57,518 nucleotides of DNA from Chiloscyllium plagiosum (lineage: Eukaryota). This document shows, in pieces, positions 37,650-48,949 of this stretch. Made by a program: the position numbers and the translations under genes. Location: assembly GCF_004010195.1 (NCBI RefSeq), contig NC_057718.1, forward strand, positions 70,586,763 through 70,644,280. The letters are read 5' to 3'. Numbering within the stretch: the stretch's first letter is position 1; each line of letters opens with the position of its first letter. The notes under the pieces are model-generated. The model did not search any database. It was given only the letters and a program-made list of their open reading frames with translations, and was not told the DNA's origin.

Positions 37650-38390
37650 TTCATTCTCTTGTGGGAGAATACTGGCTGGCCAGCATTTATTGCCTATCAC
37701 TAGTGGGCCTTGAGAAAGTGGTGGTGAGCTTCTGCCTTCAATTGCTGCAGTTTCTATTCTGTAGATAGATCCAAAATGCCATCAGGAAGGAATTTGGATT
37801 TTGATCCAGCAACATGGTGAGTTGCTTGGAGGGGAATCTATAGATAGTGTAAGGATGTATGTACTGCCCTTTCCTTTGAGATAGAAGTGTTAGAAGGTTT
37901 GGAATGTGCTGTCATAAGATCATTGGTGAGTTTCTGCAATGCATTTTTTTTTTAAAAGTACACCTTTTACATAATACACGTTGCAATTGAGCATCAACGG
38001 TGGAGACAGTGGATTTGTCATTTGAACAGACTGCTTTGTCCTGGATGGTGTCCAGCTTCTTGAGTCCTGGAGCTGCACCCACCTAGGCAAGTGGGGGAGC
38101 ATTCTGTCACACTCCTCTGTGTGTCTTGTAGATGGACAGATTTCGGGGAGTCAGGAATTGAGTTGTTTTCTGTAGTATTCCTAGATTCTGACCTGCTCTT
38201 ATAACCACTGTGTGCTCATTTGAGTTTCTGCTCAGTGGTAACCCTTAGGATGTTGATTTTAATATGGATTCCAGTGTTGCTAACACAATAGAATAATATC
38301 TGGGGGCCATGGTTAGATAGTCATTGCCTTGCAGTTGTGTGGTGTAAAAGTTACTAGCCACTTCTCAGCCCTTGTGCTGCTCAACTGTGG
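37650..38390 (-). mobile_element. Old LINE 3' fragment (CR1/L2 group)
   Basis: Minus LPHLPRWVQLQDSRSWTPSRTKQ frameshifted ORF2 end; tail ctggctggccagcatttattgcc shared with the SINE at 53936. Confidence 0.6.
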
Positions 38391-38920
38391 AAATTTTATA
38401 TCAAACTGATAAGCATAGAATGAACCTCGGTGAGGGGGAAATTCCAATTTCATTTTTGGTACCTTTATCACTTTCATGAATCTAACCCAAATAGATTTCT
38501 TGACATACAAATTGGTGAAAGGGAAAAAAAACACTCCATTCTATGGTACATCTGGGACATACTAGTTTAGCTGCTTTAATAGGCATTGAATTGTCTGGGA
38601 AAGTCTCTAATTTGGAGCAACTTTGTTCTGGGCTTTGAAAGTGAAAGGTGGGATCTTAAAATACTAAATAGGATCAATAGATGAATAATTCAAATTGAAG
38701 CTAACATTCAGATAAAAGGAATTTAAGATCATTCAGAAACCTTTTTTGAATATGATGAACTGTGAACATGATAAACGGAGAGAAACTAGTTTGGGTAAGA
38801 ATGTTTTAGGGATCGAATGCATTGCTTAATTTTGAGTTTTATTTGCCATGTGATCTCCTTAAGGGAACTTGACGTGATTTTTTTTTTTCTCTTCCCACCC
38901 CACCCCCAAAAAATGCAAAG

Positions 38921-39085
38921 CTTTTGAGCAGTGAGCTTGCACAAGCCAGAGATGAGAGCAAGAAAACGTCCAATGACATAATTCACATGGAAAATGTCCG
39001 GAAAGGTCAAGACAAATATAAGACGCTTCGCCAGATCCGGCGAGGCAACACCAAACAGAGGGTGGATGAGTTTGAATCAATGTAA
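38921..39085 (+). CDS. EZR: Ezrin terminal coding exon (165 bp to TAA; actin-binding C-ERMAD)
   Basis: gcaaag|CTT TTG...; [54 protein letters not shown]; includes the T567-equivalent KYKT. Confidence 0.95.
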   Translation, partial: LLSSELAQARDESKKTSNDIIHMENVRKGQDKYKTLRQIRRGNTKQRVDEFESM

Positions 39086-40353
39086 AATTTCACTGACAGC
39101 AGTACGTTTGCTTGTACAGGATGATAATCTATTTGAAGTATTTACTTTTCCTGGTGATCACTGGAGAAAACAGCTTGGATTATTTAGTAACGAGATTGTT
39201 GGCCACAACCTGAAATTTTTTTCTCTCAAACTGGTTCTGCTATATTTCCATTTTTATAAATTTTTTGAATGGTTTCTGTTTTGAGTTTCTTCCATTTTTG
39301 CACTGTGAAATGGATAGTTGGTCACATGCTGTAAACATTGAAATGTTTACAGATTGAAATGTGCTGCAGTACAAAAATAGTTTGCTTTGGGTGCCAAATG
39401 TAGTTAACAAGCAAGTATCGTTTTGGATAGGGAAGGAAATTATGTCCAAATGTTATAGATGAGATGAAGGTTGTGAATTAGAAAACAGAATTTTCACTGG
39501 AAGCAAGTTGCTTTATTTCATCACTTGAATGCAGTGCCACAAGCCCATGATCGCTCAGGTGAAAAGATGATTTTGAATAGTATTTGCCACTCTGCAGATG
39601 AGAATTCCTATTATACCTTCCAAATATTAATGGACACATGGCCATAATGTGACTATACTGAAATGATCAATGGTAGATACATAATTTAAACACTTTAGAT
39701 GCTATCACCTTTCTCTGCAGATGCAGATTATAAACTTAGGTTTTAATGTAATATCACAACTTATCAATGACATTGGTGGGGAAATGTTCCTGCTTTGTGT
39801 ATTTTTGCTCTTCAAAAATTTGGGCTTCAACACTTGTAAACATTTAAATGAATAACAATAAATGGTAGTTCTGTGATATTAAAGAAAATCTGACATTTTA
39901 TAGAACTGAATCTATTTCTAAATATTTTAGGCCAAATGGGTAATAGAGCATGTTTGTAAAAATTCAATAACAAGAGCAAAATCTAATGTTTTATTTAATC
40001 TGGACAACTAATAAAGACAATCACTGTAGCTAAATATGCCAACCTCTTGACATTTTGAAAATTCATATGTAAAGGTTTGTAATTCAGTATTGTTGCATGT
40101 TCTCCATATCTTTGAATTGAAATTGTTGTACTATATTATCACTACACTTTCATAATAGTGTACTTATCAGAATGATAACTGTGTTCCTCTGATCTGTACT
40201 TTGGGTGTCCTGCACTTTGTACTAGTAACTCTCATACTAAATGTTCTTCACAATGTTGAATTGCATCTAATAAAGATTTTGGCAATGATTTGGACTTTGG
40301 GCATTTATACACAGCCTTGCTTCTGTCAGTCATCCACTTGTGTTCTGAATAAA
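39086..40353 (+). promoter_or_regulatory. Probable ezrin 3'UTR with candidate poly(A) signals
   Basis: AT-rich, no recognisable repeats; AATAAA at 39857, 40010, 40269 and 40348; the true end cannot be determined from sequence alone. Confidence 0.6.
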
Positions 40354-41184
40354 TGTGCACATTCTTAATATTGGCATATTCCACATCACACTTGTTTTAC
40401 AGTTTTTCAGGCTGAAGGCAGGCAAATCGCAATTTCGAGATATGGCCAACATTTTTTAAGCTTGTGAGCCTCCTCTGTTGTGGAATAGTGTAGAGATAGC
40501 CATTCTGTAACTGAAAGACTACCGCACTCTGCAAAGTGTCTGCATTTGTCTCCATAAGTGCACTAAAATGAACATTCAGTTGCATCTTTGTGCTGACTTG
40601 CTTGTTACAAAGGGTTAGGCCAGATAGAGATATTGCATCAATATTACTTTGAATGTTAGCTTGGGTGAGATTCCTGTGGTGATTCATTTGAGTTTATAGA
40701 GTGATTAGCTGAGTCCTGCAGATTAGCAAGGACTATTCTAAGTGATTATTTCTTGCCAACACTCTTGTGCCCTCCACTGATATGAAAATGAATATTTTGT
40801 AAAGAAATGACTTGTGCAGTAAAATGGTTTAATAATTAGCATGCATTTTTGGATGAATAGAGTACACATTTGTAGAAATGACAGTCGCAGAAATTGGCAA
40901 AAAATGCTCTTTAGAAAGGTAAAAATTGGCGAGGGTTTAAGGAAAGGGTAAGTTATGATAAAGTGAATTGGAATGCAAATATTTAGTATCCCTAGAGATT
41001 GGCTTGGAAACTTCCTAATATTGGTACCTGTATGGCAAAGGAAACATGGGCCAGCCACCATGCAATCTTTTGTGGACGATATTTCTAGATGAGTTTATGG
41101 GAAGTTTTAATTCTTGATTTTAGTCAGGATGTCCTGGGTACTCTGACATAAAGAAACTGAATTCTGCGTTCCAGCATTCCACTA

Positions 41185-41322
41185 CAGAGGAACCTCAATT
41201 ATCTGGCATTCGATTATCCAGCAAGAACATCAGGTTCTAATGCTTGGCTAGTTATCCAGCATTCGATTAACCAGAAAAAAATACTTCACGCCCATGTCCT
41301 TCAGATAATTGAGGTTGCTCTG
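41185..41322. mobile_element. Tigger/pogo-type MITE
   Basis: 21-bp TIRs cagaggaacctcaattatctg / cagataattgaggttgctctg (1 mismatch); TA on the left, AA on the right. Confidence 0.85.
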
Positions 41323-42159
41323 AATTCCTTAAGCAATTGTAAAATGTGGAACCATAATGTCTAGTTAGTATTCCAAATGCATACATAAGGAGTAGAGTGG
41401 TGGATTTGCTTTAATGCCCTGGTTTTGAATTGTCACTGGATTTGCAGTTCTTTTTGTTATATGAGCGATGTCAGTTTGGTCATAGCTTTGCCAACGATTT
41501 TGGGTATTGAGGATTCGCCTTTCCACTGTGGACGGATATACAATGATTTTGATATTTAGTTGGTCACTACACACTTGCTGTTCTGAGCATCTTTTACACA
41601 ATGAAATGTTCCACTTTTTTTTTCTGGTTTGAGAACCAGGCTGCAGTGTTTGAAGATATGTGTATTTTGGATTAGCTATTGCTATGTGTGCATTATACCC
41701 AAGAAATGTGTTAGACTTATTTGTACAGTTTGTCAGCTTGGAAAATCAATGGGGTATCATAACACATCAATTATAGAGGAAAATATTGAGAACACTTTAT
41801 TGTATCACAATAGATGTTGATGGTATAGAAGCCACCATTCTTTTTGTATGCCTTTAAGTGAAGTAAAGAAAGGTTACAGATTCCTATTTTAGTCAAGTTA
41901 AACCTTGCATTTTCAAGGCACAGAAAACCAATGCAGTCAGCCAAAGTTTAAACCATGCAGTCTTTGTTTTCTGCTAACCTCTTGTGTTCTGATGGATGGA
42001 TGAACGTAACATCCTGTTACATCTTTCCAGTATTTTAAAATGTGCAGTGACATAATAGCTTTGATCTTTCAACCCATCTTTATACTTTATGGCTTTTCGA
42101 ACACTCTCTCTAAATGTGAATGATACTAGCAAAGCTCTAGTTTTTGTGTGCCATTAGTA

Positions 42160-43590
42160 GGGATGCTGGAAACTTTCTTCCCTGGCCACAGAAGAGGTGC
42201 TAGAAATCTGGAGGACAGCAAATATGCTACTGTCCTTCAAGATGGGAAGAATGGATAAACCAGGAACCGACATGCCAGTCAGCCTAACCTCCATTGTCAA
42301 GAGACCATTGAGTGAAATAATTCACTTACACTTAAAGGAGCAGGGATCAATCAAGAATAGCACAATTTTATTTAAGGAAGTTATGTCAGAGGTGACTAGA
42401 TGTATAGATGGGGGCAATGCATTTGCTATGGTCTACTTGAACTTCAGGGCTTTTGATTAAGGTCTCATGTGGGAGCCCATAGGATCCAAGGAAACTTTGG
42501 CTAATTCAACCCAGAGTTGGCAGGAAGCCTAGGGGTGATTTGTGTTTGGAAGATTTATCCAGTGCAAAGGAACTTTCCCCTTTTTGGAGGGATCAACAAC
42601 CAGGATTTCAGATTTAAGGTAAATCTGGAATGTGAGGAAAAGCTTTCCACCTAGTGGATATTGTGACAGACTCGGTCTGTCTGTAAAGGTGCTCGAGGCA
42701 GGAACCCTCAAACATTCCAGTATTTCAATTGGTGTGTTTATGAAGCTAACGCATACAAGGTAATAGGCCATATGCTGGTAAATAGGATTTAAATAATTAG
42801 GTGGCTGAGTCTGCTGTGGTCAAAGGATTCTGAGACAGGATTTGGAAAGCATAGCTTGATTAGAGATAGCATAGATTTGTGAGCAGCAGGTCGTACCTCA
42901 AGTCTTATTGAATTCTTTGAGGATTCTTTGTGGCACGGTGGCTCAGTGGTTAGCACTGCTGCCTCACAGCTCCAGGGACCCAGGTTCGATCCTTGCCTTG
43001 GGTAACTGACTGGCTGTGTGGAGTTTGCACATTCTCCCCATGTCTGCATGGGTTTCCTCCGGGTGCTTCGGTTTCCTCCAACAATCCAAAGATGTGCAGA
43101 TTAGGTGAATTGGTCATGCTAAATTTTGTCCATAATCAGGGGTGAATATGGGGAATTGGTCTGGGTGGGCCATTCTTTGGAGGGTCGGTATGGACTTGTT
43201 GGGCCGAAAAGCCTGTTTCCATATTGTAGCTAATTTAATCTAATCGATGTGACAAAACACATTAAAGAGAGAGCAGTGTATGTGGACTTTAGCAAGATTC
43301 CCCCTGATATGCCTCCTTACTTTCTGAATGAGCCTGGGATACAGGGGAAATTTGGCTGTCTGGATACAGAATTGGCTGTCCACAGAAGACAGGGTAGTAA
43401 AAAGATTCAGCCTGGAGTTTGTTGACCAGTGGTGTTCTGCAGGGATCGAGTTTGGGATCTCTACTTTATGACTTTTATAAATGACTTGGGTGGGTTAGTA
43501 AGTTTGCCAATGACCTGAAGATTGGTGGAGTTGTGAATAGTGTGGAGGACTATTGTAGGTTGCAACAGGACATTGACAGGATGCAGTTTT
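42160..43590 (+). mobile_element. Decayed CR1 fragments containing an HE1 SINE
   Basis: EIWRTANML..FKMGRMDKPGTDMPVSLTS, VYLNFRAFD, SKFANDLKIGGVVNSVEDYCRLQQDIDR. Confidence 0.75.
42930..43245 (+). mobile_element. HE1-like SINE
   Basis: gtggcacggtggctcagtggttagcactgctgcctcacagc...ggttcgatcc; tail ttaatctaat. Confidence 0.88.
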
Positions 43591-44077
43591 TGGTTTGGAA
43601 TGAGTCTGGTAAGGTGAATTGGGAAAATGGGAGCAGAGCCAATCTTGACCCAGGGCATCTAGGTGAATCAAACCTGAGAATGTATTTAGTATTTGGGCAG
43701 GGAGGTGGGCAATAGGGGAGAAGCCGGCCTTAGTTTCCCGTGTAAATCAATGTTATAAAATTTGAAGATTTGAGTAAACTTAAGAGTTTCCCTCTCGTCC
43801 ACTATCATTAATGCTGCTTTTCAATTCCTGTTCCCTTACAACAGACAAAGTGGAGAAATCCAGGAGAGGAAATTGTGTAATATTGAATATAATATAAAGA
43901 AGGCTAATCTGACCTTTTAAAAATACACACAGCTATTTGCAACATCGCCTTAAGTTACATTTTTTAAAATTCCTTTGTATAGCTTAATTCCTGGGTGATC
44001 TTCAGCCACCAGCCCTGTGGTTAACAGGGCAACATGCTGACCCACTGCATTGCAGAAACTGATGCATTAGTCCACTG

Positions 44078-44333
44078 TAGAATTATAGAGGCCCAATGGA
44101 GCAGGAAAGGCTATTCAGACCATTGCACCCTCTGAAGAGCATCCCATAATATCCATATAACCCCACATTTACTTTGGCTTGCAATTTAGTAGAGCAATCC
44201 ATCCACCCACCCTGCATACATTTGGACTGTGGGAGGAAACCGGATCAACCAATAGAAACTCTCACAGGCAGTCATCCAAAGCTGAAAGTGAATCCGAGGC
44301 AGCAGAGCTAACTACTGTGCAACCATGCTGCCA
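44078..44333 (-). mobile_element. Degenerate HE1-like SINE
   Basis: tttggactgtgggaggaaaccgga...gaggcagcagagctaactactg. Confidence 0.7.
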
Positions 44334-44454
44334 TGTAGATTCATATAAATCAAAAAGGCAGATATGATGATGATGTGTTATCTCAGCACTGATCACAAAC
44401 TGAAATATTTAGAATTCAATTAACCCTTGGAAAAACAATGGATCCCTTTACACA

Positions 44455-45064
44455 TAGTCATAGAGGCTTCCCATAAACCTGAGGTACATCTGATCTGGTC
44501 CTGGGGATTTATCCACCTTTATGCATTTCAAGACGCCCAGCACCACATCCTTTGTAACATGGACACTTCTCAAGATATCACTATTTACTTCCCAAATTTC
44601 TCTTGTTTCCATAACCTTTTTGTGCAGTAAACACTTGTAAAATACTTGTTTGGTATATCCCCAATCTTATCCTGTTTCATATGTAGATTTCCTTGCTGAT
44701 CTTTAAGGGTCCTTATTGTCTCCTTTGTTACTCTTTTTTTTTTCCTTAATGTATTTGTAGAATCTCTTGGATTTTTCTTAACCCCACTTGCAAAGCTTTA
44801 TCATGTCCCCCTTTTGACCTCCTGATTTCCCTCTTGATGATACTTCTACCAGCCTTATAGTCTTCTCAGGAATCACTCAACCTCTGCTGTCTATACCTGA
44901 CATATACTTTTTTCATGACCAGAGCCTCAATTTCTCTAGTCATCCAGCATTCCCTACACCTACCAGCCTTGCCCTTCTCTCTAATGGGACCATGGTGTCT
45001 CTAGTTTGTTATTTCATTTTTGAAGGCTTTATCTGCAGTTTTTCTACTTGCCTGAAACTGTCAT
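44455..45064 (-). mobile_element. CR1 fragment left of the ERV (related 5' part resumes at 52697-53050)
   Basis: Colinear with 21470-22115 of the long CR1; 52700-53050 is colinear with 23530-23880. Confidence 0.8.
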
Positions 45065-47423
45065 TGTAAAGGTAGCCCATGCTTGAAAGACATAAAATGG
45101 CTGACAGGAGTTAAAGAGAATAAGGTAGCCTGCTCTGGCATTAAGACTCAAAATGGCTAACAAGATAAAGAATAAACAGCCTGCTCTAACATTTAAGTGA
45201 AACATTATGGTACCTTTTGAACAGGGCCACTCCAAGGTGCAAGAAAGGCCCTACAGGCAATCATCCAAGAGTGTGTTAAGAGGATGTCTAAAGATAGACA
45301 AGTGATTGATCTCAGCCTCATTAATGAAAGGATATTGCACTAGTAAGTGAACTGCACTAGTTAGAACAAGGAGTGTAAATCTCAGTCCATGAATCAGCCA
45401 ACCTAACTCATCAAGTATCTGTGAAAGTAACAGGTAAAGTTATTTTGTAGTAATTGGTTGTTTCTTTGAAGTTATTCATAATATTAAGAAATAGGTTCTA
45501 GTTAATGATTCTTCAGATAATCGTAGAGATAGATTTCAACATAAGCACGGACATAATCAAAGTGTAATAGAAGCATTAGGGGAAAACAATTTAAACATAC
45601 AATCTGTTCTGCTATAACAAACTTGTTGCATTCTTGTGTGACCTTGTGTTGTAGAAAGTTGCACAAGAGAAATAATGAGGCCTCTGGGGAAAATCAGAGT
45701 TCAGGGCAAACCACCAAAAATAATAGGTTAAAAACCGAAACAAAATAACAGTTAGCCTAACACAAACAATAGCACAGTTTAAGTAAATGTCAAAGTTAAA
45801 TTTCAATGAATAATACTTTAAGGGGTTTCAGAGTTTGCTGAGTTACAATACTGTGTTAAGACATGGACTGAGGGTTACCATCAATGTCATCATTACTTTC
45901 AAGTGCAGCTCTGGGTGCAGAGTTGCAACAAAAGAAAATGTTTAGTCCAGAAATGCGTGGTGTGGTTCATTTTCCTCAGACTGTTTCTTGGGGTTTGATT
46001 AAAAAAAGGCATTTAGTTTTTGCTGCTTTGCCATCTTTCTTCTATCATGAAGAAGCTGTTCATAGGGTGCCAGATAAGACTTTATGCCATAAACTGCTCT
46101 CCTGCTGCATTCTTCATTGTAGTCATTGCCTTCTAAGAGCTGCAACTGTTTGTGAACTTGCCTCAGGATAGAAGACAAAAGAGAAATGGAATGTTCTCGT
46201 GGTGCTGCATCCTGGACTTCATCATCTTCAGCTCAAGCTTCAATTTCCCCCACAACAACAAGGTGTAGATCAGTCTCCACTTCAAATCCAACCTGATTTC
46301 CAAGAGCAACATAATGTTCTTTGATTACTGGAAGCTCCACAGTTCAACACCTTTAAAATCGTGAAAAAAAATTGGGAGAAGCTTCTGCCAACCTCAGCCT
46401 CCAAAATGATGTCAATCGCATTTTTAATGTTAAAGCTCTTCCAAAATTAAAGATCACTGCCCACATTATCCTACTCAGTAGCTGCCATCAGCTTCCTGAA
46501 TGTGTGCCTAAATAATAAGCTTTAAGAGCTGCTATTGCATTCTGGTCCATGGGTTCAATGACAGAGATTGTGTTCAGAGGTAGAAATAGCACTGTGGTGA
46601 ACTTTGTGAAAATACGAATGGTGGGAGGATGGCTTGGTGCATTATCCAGAATGAGGAGAATTTTGAAATCCAGTTATATTCTTCTGCAATAATTTCTAAA
46701 AACATTCTCAAAAACATCAACAGTAAGGTCAAAAGAAAATTGCCATGTCATCCAACTTCTTTTGTGTGACCTGAAGTAAACACCTAGAGTGGTCTTAAGG
46801 TAACCAGGGATGGAATTGCATACAACCAGGGGGAATTCATGTTTTAAAAAGATCATTCTCCTATTCACCAATTGTGTTACAGTCAAATTGCATTGACAAA
46901 ACACACGTTATAGGAGAATGACCTGGAGATATGCAAATTAATTAGTCTCAGGTAATGTTTTCCCCATCTCTAAAAAAAGATACTTGGTATGACCTGAATG
47001 AAATAGATTGGTCACAACTTATTAATCCAAAATGCTAACAGTAGAACTTTACACTTTATAAATAACTTTATAACAGAAATGAATATGAATCTTACAGTAG
47101 TTAGTTAAAAATCAACAGTCTTTTGTATTTTCTATATATGTAGTTTGAACAGTGGAAAATACAATGAATAACAGAATTTGAGCAATCCAAAGAGATAACA
47201 AGTCTGGGACAAACCAGAGGGAGTATAACCAGTAACTTTAAAATGCTAATTAGCAGGATGCATAGAAAGATCCCAAGGCCTGGGGATCACAATGTCTGTT
47301 AAACACCATGAGATCATGGGAATCTGAGGCTGCTCATAGGAATGCCCTTCATTGATTATGTGTTTCGTGGGTGTACTGAATAAGAGAAAGGAGGTAGTAA
47401 CCACACTGTATGGGATCATTGTA
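45065..47423 (+). repeat. 5' LTR (U3 only, interrupted by a DNA transposon at 45600-46925)
   Basis: Aligns with the 3' LTR from gcccatg.ttgaaagacataaaat to gggatcattgta; TATA/R/U5/PBS not found. Confidence 0.85.
45600..46925 (-). mobile_element. Internally deleted pogo/Tigger DNA transposon
   Basis: TIRs caatctgttctgctataac / gttataggagaatgacctg; TA on the left; minus FKILLILDNAPSHPPT (46621-46670) and FLPLNTISVIEPMDQNAI; absent from the 3' LTR. Confidence 0.9.
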
Positions 47424-47874
47424 GCACACAATCACAAGTGTGGTGAAAGAAGGTGCCTGGCATGAGACAGCACAAGATGAAGAGAGACCAAGTTAGTATC
47501 AGACATGAGAAAGCGCGAGACGAAGAGAGAATGGGAGAATCTCGGGTGTGAGAGTGCATGAAGAAGAGCGAGGCATAGACCTCAGGCATGAAAGGGTTGT
47601 GGGACAAAAAGATTAATACAAAGTTGAAAACCCTTGGGCAAAAGAAAAGTAATAACAACAGTATTAGAAGCAGCAGACAGTGTCAGAAGGAAGCCTGAGA
47701 AAATGGTAGAGAAGGACTGGAATAAAAACCCACGGTCCAGACCAATCCATTCTGCAGACAGTATTAAAAAGAAAGCTTTAATTAAGGATATGGAAAGCAA
47801 TAGACAAATAATGAGGACTCTGAGTCAAAACAGAAAGCCTGGTGGCCAGGTTGGAAGAAAGGAAAGAGAAAAAA

Positions 47875-48250
47875 GGTGGCACAGTGGCTCAGTGTTTAGG
47901 ACTGTTGCCAAACAGCGGCAGGGACCTGAGCTTGATTCCCGCTGTGTGGAGCTTGCACATTCTCCCCATATCTGTGTGGGTTTCCTCTTGAGCTCTGGTT
48001 TCCTCCCACAATCCAAAGATGTGCAGATTAAGTGAATTGGCCTTGCTAAATTGCCCATAGTGTTCAGGGATGTGTAAATTAGGTGAATTGGCCATGCTAA
48101 ATTACCCATAGTGTTCAGGGATGTATAGATTAGGTGCATTAGTCTGGGGTAAAGTAGAAGGGAAATGGGTCCAGGTGGGTTACTCTTCGGAGGGTCAGTG
48201 TAGACTTGTTGGGCCTAAGGGCCTGTTTCCCACAATGTAGGAATTCTATA
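47875..48250 (+). mobile_element. HE1-like SINE inside the ERV, with internal 51-bp tandem duplication
   Basis: Units begin at 48018, 48069 and (partial) 48120. Confidence 0.85.
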
Positions 48251-48949
48251 TTCTGTTTAAACAGAATGCCAAAGGCACCAAAACCAGCTAAAACAGCTGC
48301 AGTGTTCAAAAGTAAAAAAAAGACGGAGAGGAATTCTGAAGTTCTGCACAGCGCTTGCTCAGTGAACCTTGTGGAAAGGTTAACTCTTTGTGGTCTGGTT
48401 TGAATGCATCTTTGTTTGGTTGCTAAATGCTGTCTTGTGCAATTTGTGTATTTTTGATCCCTGGAGCTCAAGATCTGGGGATATTCTGAAGTTAGTTTAC
48501 ATTTTGGGAATGTGTGGTGATTTAAAAGTGTGCTGTGCCTGTGTAAGTATAAGACATGTAGGTTAATATAATGGCTGCTTAAGAAACTATCAGTGGTTGT
48601 GCAAAGCAGAGGTCTATGACAAAATATCGATTTAAAAGGTTGGTTTGTAAAGTTTCGTAAAAATCCATTCTGCTTGATTTGGAATGGACACTTTCTTTAG
48701 AAATTGAGTTCATCTATGAAGTTATCTTACTGCTACTGGATGAAATAATCTGTAGATAGAGAACTGGAGGATTAACAAAACACAAATTATGGAAGTGTTC
48801 AATTGGGCTACTAAGGCAGAAAATAACCAGGGGAATATTTATGAAACTATCAGCAGTTGTTACAAGGAACACACACAGTTGGCTAAAGGGTGGGTGGGGT
48901 AGCTCAGAAGATGGAATGGGGATCTGAATTGGTGATGACCTTTGTCAAA

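Noticed and set aside
40397..41061. Exons of a convergent neighbouring gene
   Set aside because: The minus ORFs show no motif or splice pattern I recognise; no second host gene could be supported in 40-57 kb.
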